A DNA stretch of 64,000 bases from Magallana gigas. Lineage: Eukaryota. The position numbers and the translations under genes are program-made. Below are positions 21,199 through 34,000 of this stretch, piece by piece. The stretch spans positions 36,338,205 through 36,402,204 of the forward strand of contig NC_088855.1 in assembly GCF_963853765.1 (NCBI RefSeq). The letters are read 5' to 3'. The notes under the pieces are model-generated. The model ran no database searches and was not told the DNA's origin. It saw only the letters and a program-made list of their open reading frames with translations. The first letter of the stretch is position 1. Each line of letters starts with the position of its first letter.

Positions 21199-23708
21199 CA
21201 GGATAAAGATCATTTGATTGTACTCTCACTCAATTTAATCAATAAAATAATACCTTTTTTTCAGTCTGATTATTTTAGATGCAACAACCTTGGATGTAAC
21301 TTCATGTTCAGATTTGTTTGGCTAAAAACAGATGATGTAATTTAGACTGGAGAAATATCATGTGTATGGTGTAAACATAAGACTGGTCATGCAGTTCCTA
21401 TATTCCCCAGACAAGTCATGTGATTCCTGTAAACCATAGAAAATCCAGTCATGTAATTCCTGTAAAACATGGCTAAGGTATTTGATTCCTTAAATTAAAC
21501 CATACAGCAGTCATATTCCTGTAAACCCAATGCAAAATTTGATTCCTGTAAACCTTTGTAGTTTTTATCGAGAGAAGTTACATGTTCGTGATTTCCGTAA
21601 ACTTAACACAAGTTATACCTTAGGCTTTATAAACCTGAGACAGATTATTTGATTCATAGTTTGGGCAAACCTAGGATAAGTCACGTGATTTATGTTTACA
21701 AATTCTTCCTGTAAACCAGAGACGTCTTTACGAGCCCTGTAAATACCAGATTTGTTCTTGTCTTTATCCTGCCATACTTTACATGGCTAATTTTAAAGCT
21801 TTCAATCTGCTTTATATTAAAATTATTTAGCATACATTTGACGTGATTCAGTTTTCCATATTAAATTTTTCAAAATGGCCTGGTTATATACTCTGACGAA
21901 TGTCCTAAGCTACGAGCCTGATTTAAATACTTAGACCATCGTAGCTTCTTGAGTTTACACTCTAAATAACATCAATACCCTAAGCACCCCTGCGAATGTG
22001 TTCGGAATGTTTCCTTTATCGTAGCTAAGTATGTAATAAATCCAGAGATGCTCGAATGAAAGTTCACGAGACTTCACCGAGATTTGTTCAGTTCCTGTGA
22101 AATTTTGAGCGGAAGTGTAAGTGTTCGGATGATATTCTCAAAATACGTAAGTTCTGGTCATTTTTCATATCATATCCTACTTTGATTTATGTTGAAACAT
22201 GAAAATCTGTTAAGATATATGTTTTATTTCATCCTCTAGAGGTTATTTAAACTAAACAATAATATTTAGAACAGAGTTATCGTTCGTGTTCAACCACTCT
22301 ACACGTGGTTGAAAGTATAAACATTGGTTGCCTAATAAAATCATAGCCATGTTTGATGCTTTTGGCGTGCAATACCATGCTTTAAAAAAAAAGAATGGGT
22401 GTTTGGTTTGCATAAAAACTTAGTATATCGAGCTATGTTCAAGGAATATTCTGCATGAAATATTATAGTCTGTTTTACAATTGATGCTATTACTAGGTCA
22501 GGCGCGGATCAAACATTAATCCTAAAAGGGGAACCGTTACTAAGCATGTTAATTGTTGCAATAGCAGAAAAAAATTATAATTTCTATTTACATATTTATT
22601 TCTAGAACTCGTTTTATCCTCTAATTAATGAAGATAAAGTTTAAAATCAATAAATGCCTAGATTTTACATTTGACCTCAAGTACCTATAAATTCTAAGAA
22701 ATAGAGTATCATCATGAGGCACAATTTTTACTGCGAATCTAAAAGGGTCAAATAAAACCACCTGGTCTAAATTTAAAGGACACTAACATTCGCAGGGGTG
22801 CTTTAGTCACTCTTTAGATGAATATGACGTGTCACGTGACCTTGGTCAAGAACGCTATTAGCCTTTTATATACTTTTTCAGCCCATTTAGAAGTCGCACT
22901 ACAATGAATCACAATGTCGGGCGAGAGTATGAAACTTGTCGTTCATTTGCTATTGTATGAATTAGATGGTGAATAGATAATGAATGAATAAACTGATTTT
23001 TTATTCCCATCTGAGCGTGGTTATTTGATTTCCCTAGATGGACTGCGATAATTTTGGAGCTGTTTGAGTTATGGTTAAACGTACAGTTCAGCCAGGGAGC
23101 GGCCGTAGTACTACTGTTACTCGAACTAAGCGTTATAGATCGCAAATTAACTCTTTTTTGTTTGCGCCTCTCTGATGGATGCGATTTGATCCTAGACGAA
23201 AGCGTTATTTTGTTTTCCCATTAATCCCCGGTAATAAAATTGTTGTGAACAATGATGATAATGTGCATATTGTTCCAATCCAGTGCGCCCGTCATCCCAC
23301 AATGGCCCATTACAATAATCCCCAGAAACAATATACTGTATATTTCAGAATACTTGGAATCGCCGCCACGCCTACTGAACTAATGGCCATTTCATTCCAC
23401 GGGTTCGCACTTTTCTGTAATTTTCGGCGTATATTTCCTTATAAATGTTCGTATTCAAACCGCGTGGATAATCTGCTTTCTCTCTCTCCTCATTGATATG
23501 GAGACAGAATATCACCATTGCACATTTGACGACAAGGGATCGATTTAAGGTCGCGCATACAAACGTATTCGTTGATTCATTCTGAAAAAGGAAATAAATA
23601 GATATTTTTTGTGTGTGTTGTTCTTTTTCTTGGCTACAAAACCCCATCTAACCTTTCGTTGACTCCATTTTTTTTTAAAAACATAAACAAGATTTAAGGA
23701 ATAAGGAA

Positions 23709-23850
23709 GCATTCTTTGAGTATTATGAGGTAATAATTTGGGTCCGGGCGTGATCAAATCCAATACAACCCGAAGGGCTTTATGATAGATTTGATCACGG
23801 CCCCGACCAACATTATCTTCTCATAATTTTCAAAGCATGATTCCTTATTA
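23709..23850. mobile_element. Small hairpin MITE (~140 bp), copy 1
   Basis: TIR 'aagcattctttgagtattatgag ... ctcataattttcaaagcatgattcc'. Internal inverted repeat 'gggtccgggcgtgatcaaatc / gatttgatcacggccccgacc'. Confidence 0.6.
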
Positions 23851-24758
23851 CTTATAGTTATATTATTATCAGCAATTGTACGATTAAATGATTGAATGTA
23901 AATAAGCAAACCCCGTTTGCGCCCCAAATAAACGTCATTTGAATTTATTGGACTATATTGTACGGAATCGATAGGTAGTGTTATTACAAGCAAAGGCACT
24001 GAAAAATGTAAATATTTGAATGTAAAGCATGCATTCCGTCATTTCATAGAAGGTATATTTCCCGTTTTATTGTATAACTACAGTAAAACACGGATATAGC
24101 GAAAACTCGGATATGGCGAAGTTTTTTTGAGTCCCCTATAAAACTCTTAACAAATCTTTGCAAAATTTTACGGTTAAAACGAATTCGGATGTATCGAATT
24201 TTCGGATATAGCGAACTGATTTTGAGTTCCGTAGAGGTGAATGATAACGAAATTAACACTTTTATAACGAATTTCTTTACAGTTATAAATGTTTTCACTA
24301 CCATTTAACATAAAAGTTTGAATGAATTTATTTTCACATAAATTCTTCAATTCACAATCCGATTATTATCAAAGGAATGTATTTTCATTCTAAGCCTCAA
24401 TAATTAGTAAAAATTGACGTCTGCTGAAAGATTATGACATGTATATAACAATTCCAATACATTTTCTTGTGATTTCTATCCATCGAAGCAAAAAATGCAT
24501 CGTATCACCATTCACAATTCCAGTCGTTCTATTCATTGATCTGGAGACAAAAGGAATTGCGAAGACCTGTTAAATGCATTGTAGCGTTCCCCCTTTTTTT
24601 TTAAACAGTTAGGTTAAGTTTATGTTATATCTGTTTCAAAACATTTTGTTGTTTGGAGCTTTTTCAAATTTTGGAGCTTGAAATTTATCAAAAAATACGA
24701 ATCTTAAAAAAGATATAAATTCATGACGCGGCGATGTCATGTACTAGTGTCATGTTGT

Positions 24759-24792
<34 letters not shown>

Positions 24793-26092
24793 CATATTAC
24801 AACATGCCACTAGTATATATTATGATAAAAATATCAATGTCTTGTTAAATGTTCAACGAAATTTAATCAAAATTTTAATTCAAATTAGAATTTTGACAAG
24901 AAATTTTGATAAGAAAAATTTTGATGTGTCATTTTATACAATACAGCGACAGTAAGAAGCGTGGTGCACAGTGTGACATTACTTTTGGATCAACCCGTGT
25001 AACTCTTGTTTTTTGTAAAACTACAACATATGCTTTTTAGCGATAAAAATGCACATTATATCTAAAACATCTGATGTATAAATCAAATGAATAGTGTTAA
25101 TGTATATAAACCTCGGTGGTGCAATGATGCAATAGTGAACTGTATGGCCCTATCAGGATTCCATACAAATTGTATATTTGTTGTCAGGGGAATGAATTAT
25201 AAATTTGTATTAATGATTTATAAAATTAAATTTTTATCATTTATTTTCCCAATACTACATTAGTAGTATGAAACATTTTTAAATTTTGAAAACAATCAGT
25301 TTGACATAGTTTAAGCAATTACAAGTCTGCATGCCAGTAATTAGAACAGATACTCATCAGAAGTAAATTGACTAGATGGGTAGGTGGGAATTGAGAATTT
25401 TAGAATATTTGCAGAGTGCAATAAACAGTATTGTCATGCCACGCTCCCACTTGCTACTACAAAAATGGAAATCCACTTGTTTTTACACGACTCAGTGAAA
25501 GCATCTCTTTAGCCCAGTATTGACTACCCCACGGATCAATTGTCATTGGCTATCAGTCAGGAGTCAAATCAGGTAAGTCTAGCTTGTTCATCTCCGCTAA
25601 CAAAACCTTTTTTTGCACTTAAATTATCATTAACACCCTGCTCTTTATCATTAGAAACTGCTGTTTAAATTAAGTATCGCAAGTTTTATTTTCATAAAAC
25701 ATTGCGCGGAAACTTAGGTGGGGATTTTATTTTAAAATAAGTTAAAGAAATGCCTTAATGATACCTGTTTAGGTTTTGTGGCCGCCAGAGAGTTTCATTT
25801 CCACCAAAAGTGCCGATTTATGACTCGACGCGAGATTGTTGACCCTGTTTTCAGCAAGCCATAAATTGTCCTTCTTGCATTGTTGTTTGTTTCCACCCCC
25901 ACCCCCACCCCCAAATACTGTACGTGACTCCGTCTAAAATTTTGGTAAGTAGGCATGAAAAATGGATTTTTTAAGGAAAACAATTAGCTCTAGTGGGAAT
26001 TTTTTTTAATCATAAACGTCTATCAATTAGACTGTGAGTTTGTATAACTGTTAAAACTTCCTTACCACATTTGTAAGGACATCGAAAAATTC

Positions 26093-26233
26093 CATGCGCG
26101 GATCCAGAAAATTCTCCAGGGGAGTCCGGTAGTTCGTTGAGTTTTCCCGGGGGGGTAGGGGGGGGGGGTCTGAGATATATTTTTGATAAGTTTATAATGT
26201 TCCCCCTGACCCCCTCTCTAGATTCGCGCATGG
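26093..26233. mobile_element. MITE of the same CATGCGCGGATC family, copy 2
   Basis: 'catgcgcggatccagaaaattctccagg...(G)n...ccccctgaccccctctctagattcgcgcatgg'. Confidence 0.7.
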
Positions 26234-26401
26234 AAAACAAATAATATTAGGACACATTCACTATCAACTTCCTCTCCTGGCCAGGACTACTTTGTGTTGA
26301 TGTTATAGACGGTTACTGATTACTTACATGCTGAAAGTGAAGCATGATATCAAGGATTGTTCTACAGATGTGTCTGTATCCTTGGTGAAAGTAGTCCAAT
26401 T

Positions 26402-26471
26402 CATGCGCGGATCTAAAAATGGTGGGGTTGGGGTTTGGTGAGTTCCGACACCCCCCCCCCCCCCCCCCCCC
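26402..26471. mobile_element. Truncated copy of the CATGCGCGGATC MITE family (one terminus plus a poly-C tract)
   Basis: 'catgcgcggatctaaaaatggtggggttgggg...gacac(C)22'. Confidence 0.5.
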
Positions 26472-26619
26472 GTGTGAAACGTGTAATAAAGAAAAACGAG
26501 GATTTGTTCAGATAAAGTGACCAAAATGTCGTTAACAACAAATATTATTCACTTAATAAGTAATGGCAAATATATCTATATTTGGATATAGCAAGATAAA
26601 ACACTTCATTTGTTGTAAA

Positions 26620-27935
26620 TGTACCCTTCTAAGACCGCGGAAAATTAACTGGCAAGATTGGAAATATACAGCTTACGTCAATTTCACCTGTTTCAGTCAA
26701 AACATTTGAAATGGGCGGGAACAACTTCATGCGGACGTCTGAGAAAACATTGGATTGAAACTAGTTATATAAAGTGTATTTTCAATCCACCTCAGCATTT
26801 CTAACTTGCTGCATAAGTTAAATAGACCGAAAAACTTTTATTTAGTATCAGCAAAGCAATTGATAACGACTTTTTTATCATCACTAAGTAAATATATAAT
26901 CAGAAAATATAGGAGGATCCAAAATTAGAGATATTATACGCAAAGCAAAGCTGTGTCCGATGACTTCAGAGAATCAATCGTAACAAGTATGAAATCAAGT
27001 GGGGCCATTGTTGAAACGGGTTTTATTCCCAGAAGAGAATAATTTAATTGAAATAGAATAATTCAAAATTATACCCAGATAAAAATTGTCTTTTTTGCAA
27101 AGTATATTTGTACGTTTGCGCGTTAATTGTTTATCAAACTAAACATTAATTTGTGATGACTTATATTCTGGTGCCCGTTTCTCAAAAAGGCGTAAATCTG
27201 GGCCTAAGTTAGTCCGACTAACAAAGTTGTGGATCAATTTTCCAATTCATAGTACATGTAGTACCCGAAAGTACGCATGTTATACTTTACCACTGAATGT
27301 GCATAGTTCAAGCTGTTCATGACATTTTATATTAATAAAAGTAGAACAAATGCCTATACTCTTCTTAGCATAATGAAATTTTAGAGAAAAACAGTTGATA
27401 TGAAAGCGGCATATATAAGAGGTTTCAGAGACCAAATATGTGACAATTAAATGCATTGTAGATGATATTGAGGCACAATTTTACATATTAATTGAACGAA
27501 ACAATACATAGAAATTAACTTCAATGTTCGTGTAAACTTCAAATATTTATAGAATACAGGGACAAGGTACAGTGGATATGCCCCAATACGTCTGCAGAAT
27601 GAGAAGTATGCTTCATAGACACTGTGAATGAATAAGTGTTGGGGTTTTCTCATACTTGCTGATTATATACTTATTGATGATATAGAACGTTTATCAATCA
27701 CTTTGCTGATACTAAATAAAATGTTTTCGATCGCTTTAATTCATATAGCTAAGCAAGTTAATTAGAAATGCTGGGGTGGGTTGAAAATACAACGATAGTT
27801 TCAATCCAATATTTTCTCAAACGTCCGCGTTAATTTGTTCCCGCCCATATCAAATGTTTTGACTGTAACGGGTATAATTGACGTAAGCTGTATATTTCCA
27901 ATCTTGCCAATTACTTTTCCGCGGTCTTATAAGAA
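26620..27935. mobile_element. Non-autonomous DNA-transposon-like element with ~280-bp terminal inverted repeats
   Basis: 26620-26900 is the inverted complement of 27650-27935 (e.g. 'accgcggaaaattaactggcaagattggaaatatacagcttacgtcaatt' versus 'aattgacgtaagctgtatatttccaatcttgccaattacttttccgcggt'). The ~750-bp centre has no transposase-sized ORF. Confidence 0.65.
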
Positions 27936-28967
27936 ATTGAAATATCTATTGGATTTACCTTTGCACAAATTTGGCATTATCCCCCATTTTTCCCTGCATA
28001 GTTACTTTTCCAATGTCTCCTTCAATGTTAATTTATCTTAATTAGAAAAAATGTATTTGTGCATAAAATATACAGTTCATTGATTAAAAGTGTGTGTTCT
28101 CTTACGGTTTTCCAAAAAGGAACCTTTTGCAGATAAATTGTAAATATATCAGAAATGTGCATATTACTAGGATTTTGCTTTCTAAGAAATTATGAAAAAA
28201 ATACTATCTGTTAAACTCAGTCATTTTTGGGCAAAAATATTGCATATAGGGTACCCCTTTTCAAGATAGGAAGTTGCTGTTATGCAGATCAGTTTTACTT
28301 ATCAATGATTTTGTATTAAATTTAAGTTGTTACTAGTATCGACATTGATGTTGGTTCAAGTTGGTTTGCATATCTTTAAAAGAACTAATGTCATTCGATT
28401 GAGCTCTGGTCAAATAAAAACCGTTTTTAAAATAGTTTGAGTTCTGTACGTTCTTCAGATCATAGGAATCGTTTGACAGGGTAACGAATCAATCAATGTA
28501 GTAAAACTTTGAATGAAAAAAAATGTAAGCAAATCACTGAATTTAGAAATTCTACCAAGGCGAAACTATTTTTCATCGAACACACAGGAGTAACGGCCTC
28601 CACATGCTTTATCAAACGCATGCTAAACCCTTTGGGTCACAAAAGGTGTCTTAATGTGAATTCCGTGTCGTTAATGAGTCCATTGTATACCCCCAACAGC
28701 TGAATATCGAAAATATTAATTTGTTGCCAGTGTTATTTTTCAACATTCAATGAATCCGACCTTTCCTTGTGTCTTATGACGGTATTTTGGATACAGGACT
28801 AATTCTATTCAACTGCTCCAAAGAAAGAAATATCTCATAATATCAAAAAACATTTTTAATAATATGAACTTTCAATTACTAAAAGTAACCAAATCTAAAA
28901 ATCGAAACAATATTATAAACCCACAGCTTTAGATACAATTCTGATCTATAATCAAAATATTCCATTA

Positions 28968-28970
<3 letters not shown>

Positions 28971-29024
<54 letters not shown>
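28971..29024. repeat. (CT)n microsatellite
   Basis: Direct observation. Confidence 0.95.
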
Positions 29025-29323
29025 ATTTCTTCCATTAATGAAACAAAGATTGGAAAAGATTGGAAAAGAATGAAAAATACCATGCAACAATTTTCAGTCT
29101 TAATCTTGTCAGCGCAACTGACTCATCTTATCCCCTCATCAGGATTTCATAAAATTTGAAGTTATTAAGGACATATATAATTAATGTACATATTGGGACT
29201 TCATATGGGAGTTATGCCCCTTTTATTTAAAATGGGGGAAAATTTGTGAATTTGCTATATCTTTTCTTTCGAAAGAAATTTACATTTACATCTGTTACAT
29301 GTTTTTTTCTTCTTTTCAGGATC

Positions 29324-30442
29324 ATGTCAAGATTAAAGAAAACTTGCGTCCTGTTAGTTGTAGGTTTTTATCTTGGCTACATGTTCACATCTAGGACTTA
29401 TGAAGACACGGTGGATAGACTGAAACAAACTGTGGCGTTATATCTGCGGCGAACAGAGGCCGTTTTCAACAATGTAACCGCTTACCACAACAATTCATCG
29501 CCCTATCGCACCATGATATCAAATAAAAAAAATAACCACTTCACTTTAAGTCAGCTATCGCACAGAGCACAAGGCAGCGATGGTTGGAATTTAGTATTTA
29601 GCAGGAATCGGACGATATGGAAGGTCCAGCCTAGTATGTGCAGCAGAAATACCACTGGATTCTATCGCTCCAAACTCAGAACAAATGTTGGCTCGACGGC
29701 CATTTATATATATGACCCGAGGAAGGATATATGGGTTAGCAGGGAAATCATCAGGTATGGAAGTTGGGAGGGAAAACATATAAATCTTATACTGTCCTTA
29801 CTACAGCAGGATCCAGATCTACACTTTGTAGACATTGGTTCCAACGTGGGTGTGTTTACTTTAGCGGTCGCCCTGCTTGGGCGACGTGTGCTAGCGGTAG
29901 ACGCCCTCGCGATGAACATCATGCGACTGTGCTCCTCTGTGATTGAAGGTAACTTTACCGATAGTGTTCAAATTGTGTACAATGCATTTTCTGATGTCTA
30001 TGAAACAGTATCACTCGGAATGGATGAAAATAACGTTGGAGGCACGTTTGTGGCTAAGGATAAAAATACCAACAAAGTGATCGGAAGTAGGGTCGTTGGG
30101 AATTATGGAACCGTTCAAACAATACGATTAAACGATGTTTTATCTTTACCTAGATTTGACTTTAGAAAAGTGATAATGAAGATTGATGTTGAAGGCTATG
30201 AAAACAAAGTTTTCAAAGGCGGCGAAACATTTTTCGATAAAGTCGATGTACGGGCAGTTCTTATGGAGTGGCAGTGGCTTAAAACCGGAAACGCTGGGCA
30301 AGAAATTATCAATTTCATGTTACTTAAAAATATGGAACCGCATGTTCCCGAACAAAACCCTCGGCCATTAAAAACTCAGGACCGTGGCAATTGGCCCAAT
30401 GATATTTTATGGAGGAAAAAACCTTTAATAAAAACGAGATGA
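29324..30442 (+). CDS. FkbM-family (Methyltransf_21-like) SAM-dependent methyltransferase, type II membrane topology, single coding exon (paralog 1)
   Basis: 372-aa ORF from ATG 29324, the M of MSRLKK. It has a short basic N-tail followed by a hydrophobic anchor TCVLLVVGFYLGYMF. Motif I 'FVDIGSNVGVFTLAV' and 'IDVEGYENKVFKGG' match the FkbM pattern. It is paralogous to the 31903 and 39557 ORFs. The upstream part of the track ORF (29246-29323) lies behind a splice-acceptor-like ttttcag|g at 29318. Confidence 0.8.
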   Translation: MSRLKKTCVLLVVGFYLGYMFTSRTYEDTVDRLKQTVALYLRRTEAVFNNVTAYHNNSSPYRTMISNKKNNHFTLSQLSHRAQGSDGWNLVFSRNRTIWKVQPSMCSRNTTGFYRSKLRTNVGSTAIYIYDPRKDIWVSREIIRYGSWEGKHINLILSLLQQDPDLHFVDIGSNVGVFTLAVALLGRRVLAVDALAMNIMRLCSSVIEGNFTDSVQIVYNAFSDVYETVSLGMDENNVGGTFVAKDKNTNKVIGSRVVGNYGTVQTIRLNDVLSLPRFDFRKVIMKIDVEGYENKVFKGGETFFDKVDVRAVLMEWQWLKTGNAGQEIINFMLLKNMEPHVPEQNPRPLKTQDRGNWPNDILWRKKPLIKTR

Positions 30443-31902
30443 TCCATTTTATTGTTCTTTTTGATAGGATTTTGATTTTGGATTATAATCAGGGAAAGTA
30501 GTATTAAAATACTTAGAAAATAAGAGGTTAAGCGCATTTTCCCATTATTTCGCCTACACTCGTGTTTGAACGGAAAGTAACTGTTACTATAAATAAATAC
30601 AGCTGTCGCAATATGATTTTCGAAACATAGGTATTTATTATATAATGGTGTATGTAATCATTGCTTTGTTATAAATTCAGGAAACCTTCATCGAGAAATA
30701 AAGTCATTTGATATCTGAACCGTGATAACTTCCGGCATTATGCAGTGAATGTATTAGTGTAAATACTAGTAGTGTATTTATGGTGTCAGTGAAGAGATCT
30801 ATTTATATTGGATATGCGTATACTAAGAATTAAACAAGAAAATTTGAAGGAAAAATCCAGCAGATTTAATCACTCTATTCTTATTATGCTTTAAGTGAAA
30901 AGAAAAAAATATTAATCGATCAAGCGACCGCAAAATAAAAAAGACCTAGGCATTACCACTTGGCCACTGATAAAACACTAAAGAATGCCTTTTTGATATT
31001 TGTGCGTATATACATGATTGTATTGGAAAAGCTACTAATTTATTGAAATATATGCGTAGTTTTCAGTACAAAGACCAAGTTGAACCAAAAATAAATTCAA
31101 TGTAAAAGTGTACTACAAAACCTGTAGAGCAAAATTTTAGTTGGATATCTTTGGTTCAAATAGTCAAAAATCCACCTGTAAACTATTTTCCTATATATCA
31201 TTAACAATACCTGATTATTTTAATGATGTCGTATACAATACTAGGGCTCCTTTCAAATGGTAAATGTGTAATTTTCCTTTTTGAAAAAAATATACTTTAA
31301 CTAAATGTTGTACATCATATTCAAAATGCCTGATGTTTGCAAAAGCGCTACATATTGAAGGCGTGCAGTAGTGCCTCCTTCCTCCTCTTATTTGATTACA
31401 CATAAGATATCGGACACTAAAAAAACACGATTTTACTGTATACATTTGGTACGATTAGAGACGATACCAATCAAAATCAGGATCAAGGAAATACCTTTGT
31501 TCTTCCGATTATTTGCTAAAGTTATTTCAGCTAGACAGCCGGAAACCACGTGGTTTTCTTTATCGGCAGAGATAACGTATACCCTACATAGCAAAGAGCG
31601 GCACACATGTCTATATTCGGTAAGATCACATGTTTTCTATGTACCGGTTACCCCGAAAAAGCCTGTCTCTCAGCATAAACGACACCAATTTTCTGTAAAT
31701 CTTTTTGTAAGACTTTTAATTGTGATTGCATTAAATATATGATCGTTTGACTTTCTTATGGCCAGTCGATGAATTGTCGAACGGTGTTGATAAGGCTTCG
31801 TTACACGTGGAGCATATCTATGTTGTCGGGCAGGTGAGACTCCTTGCAGTACTGTAGATTTATCAGAATACGTTTTGTTTACATTTACAGAACGCACCCA
31901 CG

Positions 31903-32910
31903 ATGAAATTCAACTTGGCCGTCAAAATCGGCTGCTTGGGGTTCTGTTGCTTCATCGTGGGATGGATGCTCGCTATCCAGCAATGTCCTCACGCACAGAG
32001 ACTCTTTCCGATGTTTGATCCGGTATTTAAAAACACAGAGGCTCCGATAACGACGAAAAAACCGGTGTCTCAGGAATACTTTATTTATCACAGAGATGAA
32101 ACTAAATGGAATCCATGCAATATAACATGCAAAGATACATCAAAGTTTTTGAAAACAACTTTACACACAAGTGCTGGAGACACGCCTATTTTCGTTTACT
32201 CTTCCACTGAAGATAAACATGTAAGTGGAAGTTTAATACGAGATGGAAGATGGGAGCCTCAATTTGTTGATCTTATTTCTAACCTTCTTAAAGAAGATCC
32301 TGATCTCCACTTCATAGATCTCGGTACCAATATAGGGGTTTTTGCTTTATCCATAGCAAAGATGAATAGACAGGTCATAGCAGTGGACGCTTTAGCTATG
32401 AATGTGGAGAGATTGTGTGCTTCCATCAATGCGGGAAACTTTACAAAGAACATAAAACTGGTGCATAATGCTTTGTCAGATGTCCGAGAAGTGGTAAGTC
32501 TTGGTAAAGATAAAGGAAACGTTGGTGGAACATTTGTTGCCAAAGACAAGAATCCGAATAAAGTTAGAGGAAGTGACGTCGGGGGCAGCTACGGGTCCGT
32601 GCAGACGGCGATGCTTGACGACATCTTGGAACTTCCGGGATTTTCGGTGAAAAAAGCTGTTATGAAAATAGACGTAGAAGGGTACGAGAATAGAGTGTTT
32701 AAGAGTGGCAATAAATTCTTTGAACGTGTCGATGTGACAGCGGTGCTCATGGAGTGGATGTGGCTAAAAACCGGCCCTGCAGGCCAAGAAATCGTTGAAT
32801 TTTTTAAACGTCATAATTATGAAGCAACTGTTCCTACGGACAGGCGTGTTTTGCCTATTAATCAGCGAGAATTTTGGCCAAATGATGTATTATGGCGCAA
32901 AAAAGTTTGA
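31903..32910 (+). CDS. FkbM-family SAM-dependent methyltransferase, type II membrane topology, single coding exon (paralog 2)
   Basis: 335-aa ORF. N-terminal anchor 'LAVKIGCLGFCCFIVGWMLAI'. Motifs 'FIDLGTNIGVFALSI', 'VAKDKNPNKVRGS', 'IDVEGYENRVFKSG', 'VLMEWMWLKTGPAGQEI'. It is preceded by a 57-nt intron-like segment (31834-31888, gtgagac...tttacag) ending 14 nt before the ATG. Confidence 0.8.
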   Translation: MKFNLAVKIGCLGFCCFIVGWMLAIQQCPHAQRLFPMFDPVFKNTEAPITTKKPVSQEYFIYHRDETKWNPCNITCKDTSKFLKTTLHTSAGDTPIFVYSSTEDKHVSGSLIRDGRWEPQFVDLISNLLKEDPDLHFIDLGTNIGVFALSIAKMNRQVIAVDALAMNVERLCASINAGNFTKNIKLVHNALSDVREVVSLGKDKGNVGGTFVAKDKNPNKVRGSDVGGSYGSVQTAMLDDILELPGFSVKKAVMKIDVEGYENRVFKSGNKFFERVDVTAVLMEWMWLKTGPAGQEIVEFFKRHNYEATVPTDRRVLPINQREFWPNDVLWRKKV

Positions 32911-33769
32911 TAGACTTGTCTTTAGGGTCTTTCACATTCCCTTACGCCGAAGGTTCTGTTGTTTAAGTTAAGTTTATTGACTTTTTTTTGGAAAAGCAGC
33001 TTAATTACCTGTGGTTATATCTCGTCAAGACTATCACTTGACATAACTTCTCTAAATAACCAAGCTTGAGATTGTAAATATTTGTTTTTGATTTACAACC
33101 ACATTGTAGTATTAAACGATCACCAAGTTAAGCACCAAATTTTTGGGCAACAGTTAATAGGTATAAAACCAAGAACATGGAATATTTGTTTTTGGATAAA
33201 CTTGATAAAGATATTATGCATATAGAATACTTGGGTTCTGGTTCCATATATATTTACCATCGCATTTTTGTCAACAAACGAGCCATAATTCAAGTCATCG
33301 AGAACGCGTTGACCCAAAGATTAGAAGTTCAAGTTCTCTTCCATTAGATATTGGTGCAATGAATAATGCTAGTCAAATCAGATACTGTGTAAGCGTGTTT
33401 TTAAATTTTACTTTAAACTTTAAAAAAGTTGGTGCTGTGGTTGATTTTTTGACACAAACCCAATGTTGCAAATATGTTGACAATTTCATTAGAATCGGAA
33501 GTTCTCTGTTATTTCAGCTTTTTGTCGACGTAAATGGCCGAGTTTGTTATTAATTAAGCTGCTGGATTTAGGCTGCAGTGTGTTTAACTTACCTCAAATG
33601 TATTTGTCAGTATGATATTAACAATAGAAAATAATCACAGCAGACGACATCAGCAATTTAAAGAGGGATCAGAGTTAGTTGCAATGCAGGCATCTGATTT
33701 TCAGCAATCCGAACTAATAGCATCAGTGTTATATATGAGACAGATCTCAGTGGGAATAGGTGTTAAACC

Positions 33770-34000
33770 CAACGACCGCTGGTTCAAGTCCTGTTGTGGT
33801 CCCTTGATGCTGTGTGTTGTGCACTTACACAAGGCACTTTTTCTACATTGGCTCAGTCCACCCAGCTGAAATTGGGGAACGGCTTACGCCGGGAGTTAAC
33901 CTGCGAAGGACTGGTGTCCCATCCAGGGGGAATCGGTGACTCTCACCCATCCGCTTTGCTTAACGGAAACCGACCCGGGGTGTAAGCAGCGACCTTTTGA
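33770..34000 (+). mobile_element. Possible SINE-like element
   Basis: tRNA T-arm-like 'ggttcaagtcctg' followed by a GC-richer body ('ccacccagctgaaattggggaacggcttacgccgggagttaacctgcgaagg') that is atypical for the surrounding AT-rich DNA. Confidence 0.3.

Noticed and set aside
23179-23496. 105-aa ORF in a relatively CpG-rich patch (23100-23560)
   Set aside because: No recognisable domain, no splice or promoter context, and low-complexity composition. Not enough evidence for a gene.
29246-29323. Upstream 26 codons of the track ORF for FkbM paralog 1 (MNLLYLFFRKKFTFTSVTCFFLLFRI)
   Set aside because: This segment ends in a polypyrimidine/AG acceptor (ttttcag at 29318). The MSRLKK start at 29324 gives the same tail-anchor architecture as the other two paralogs.
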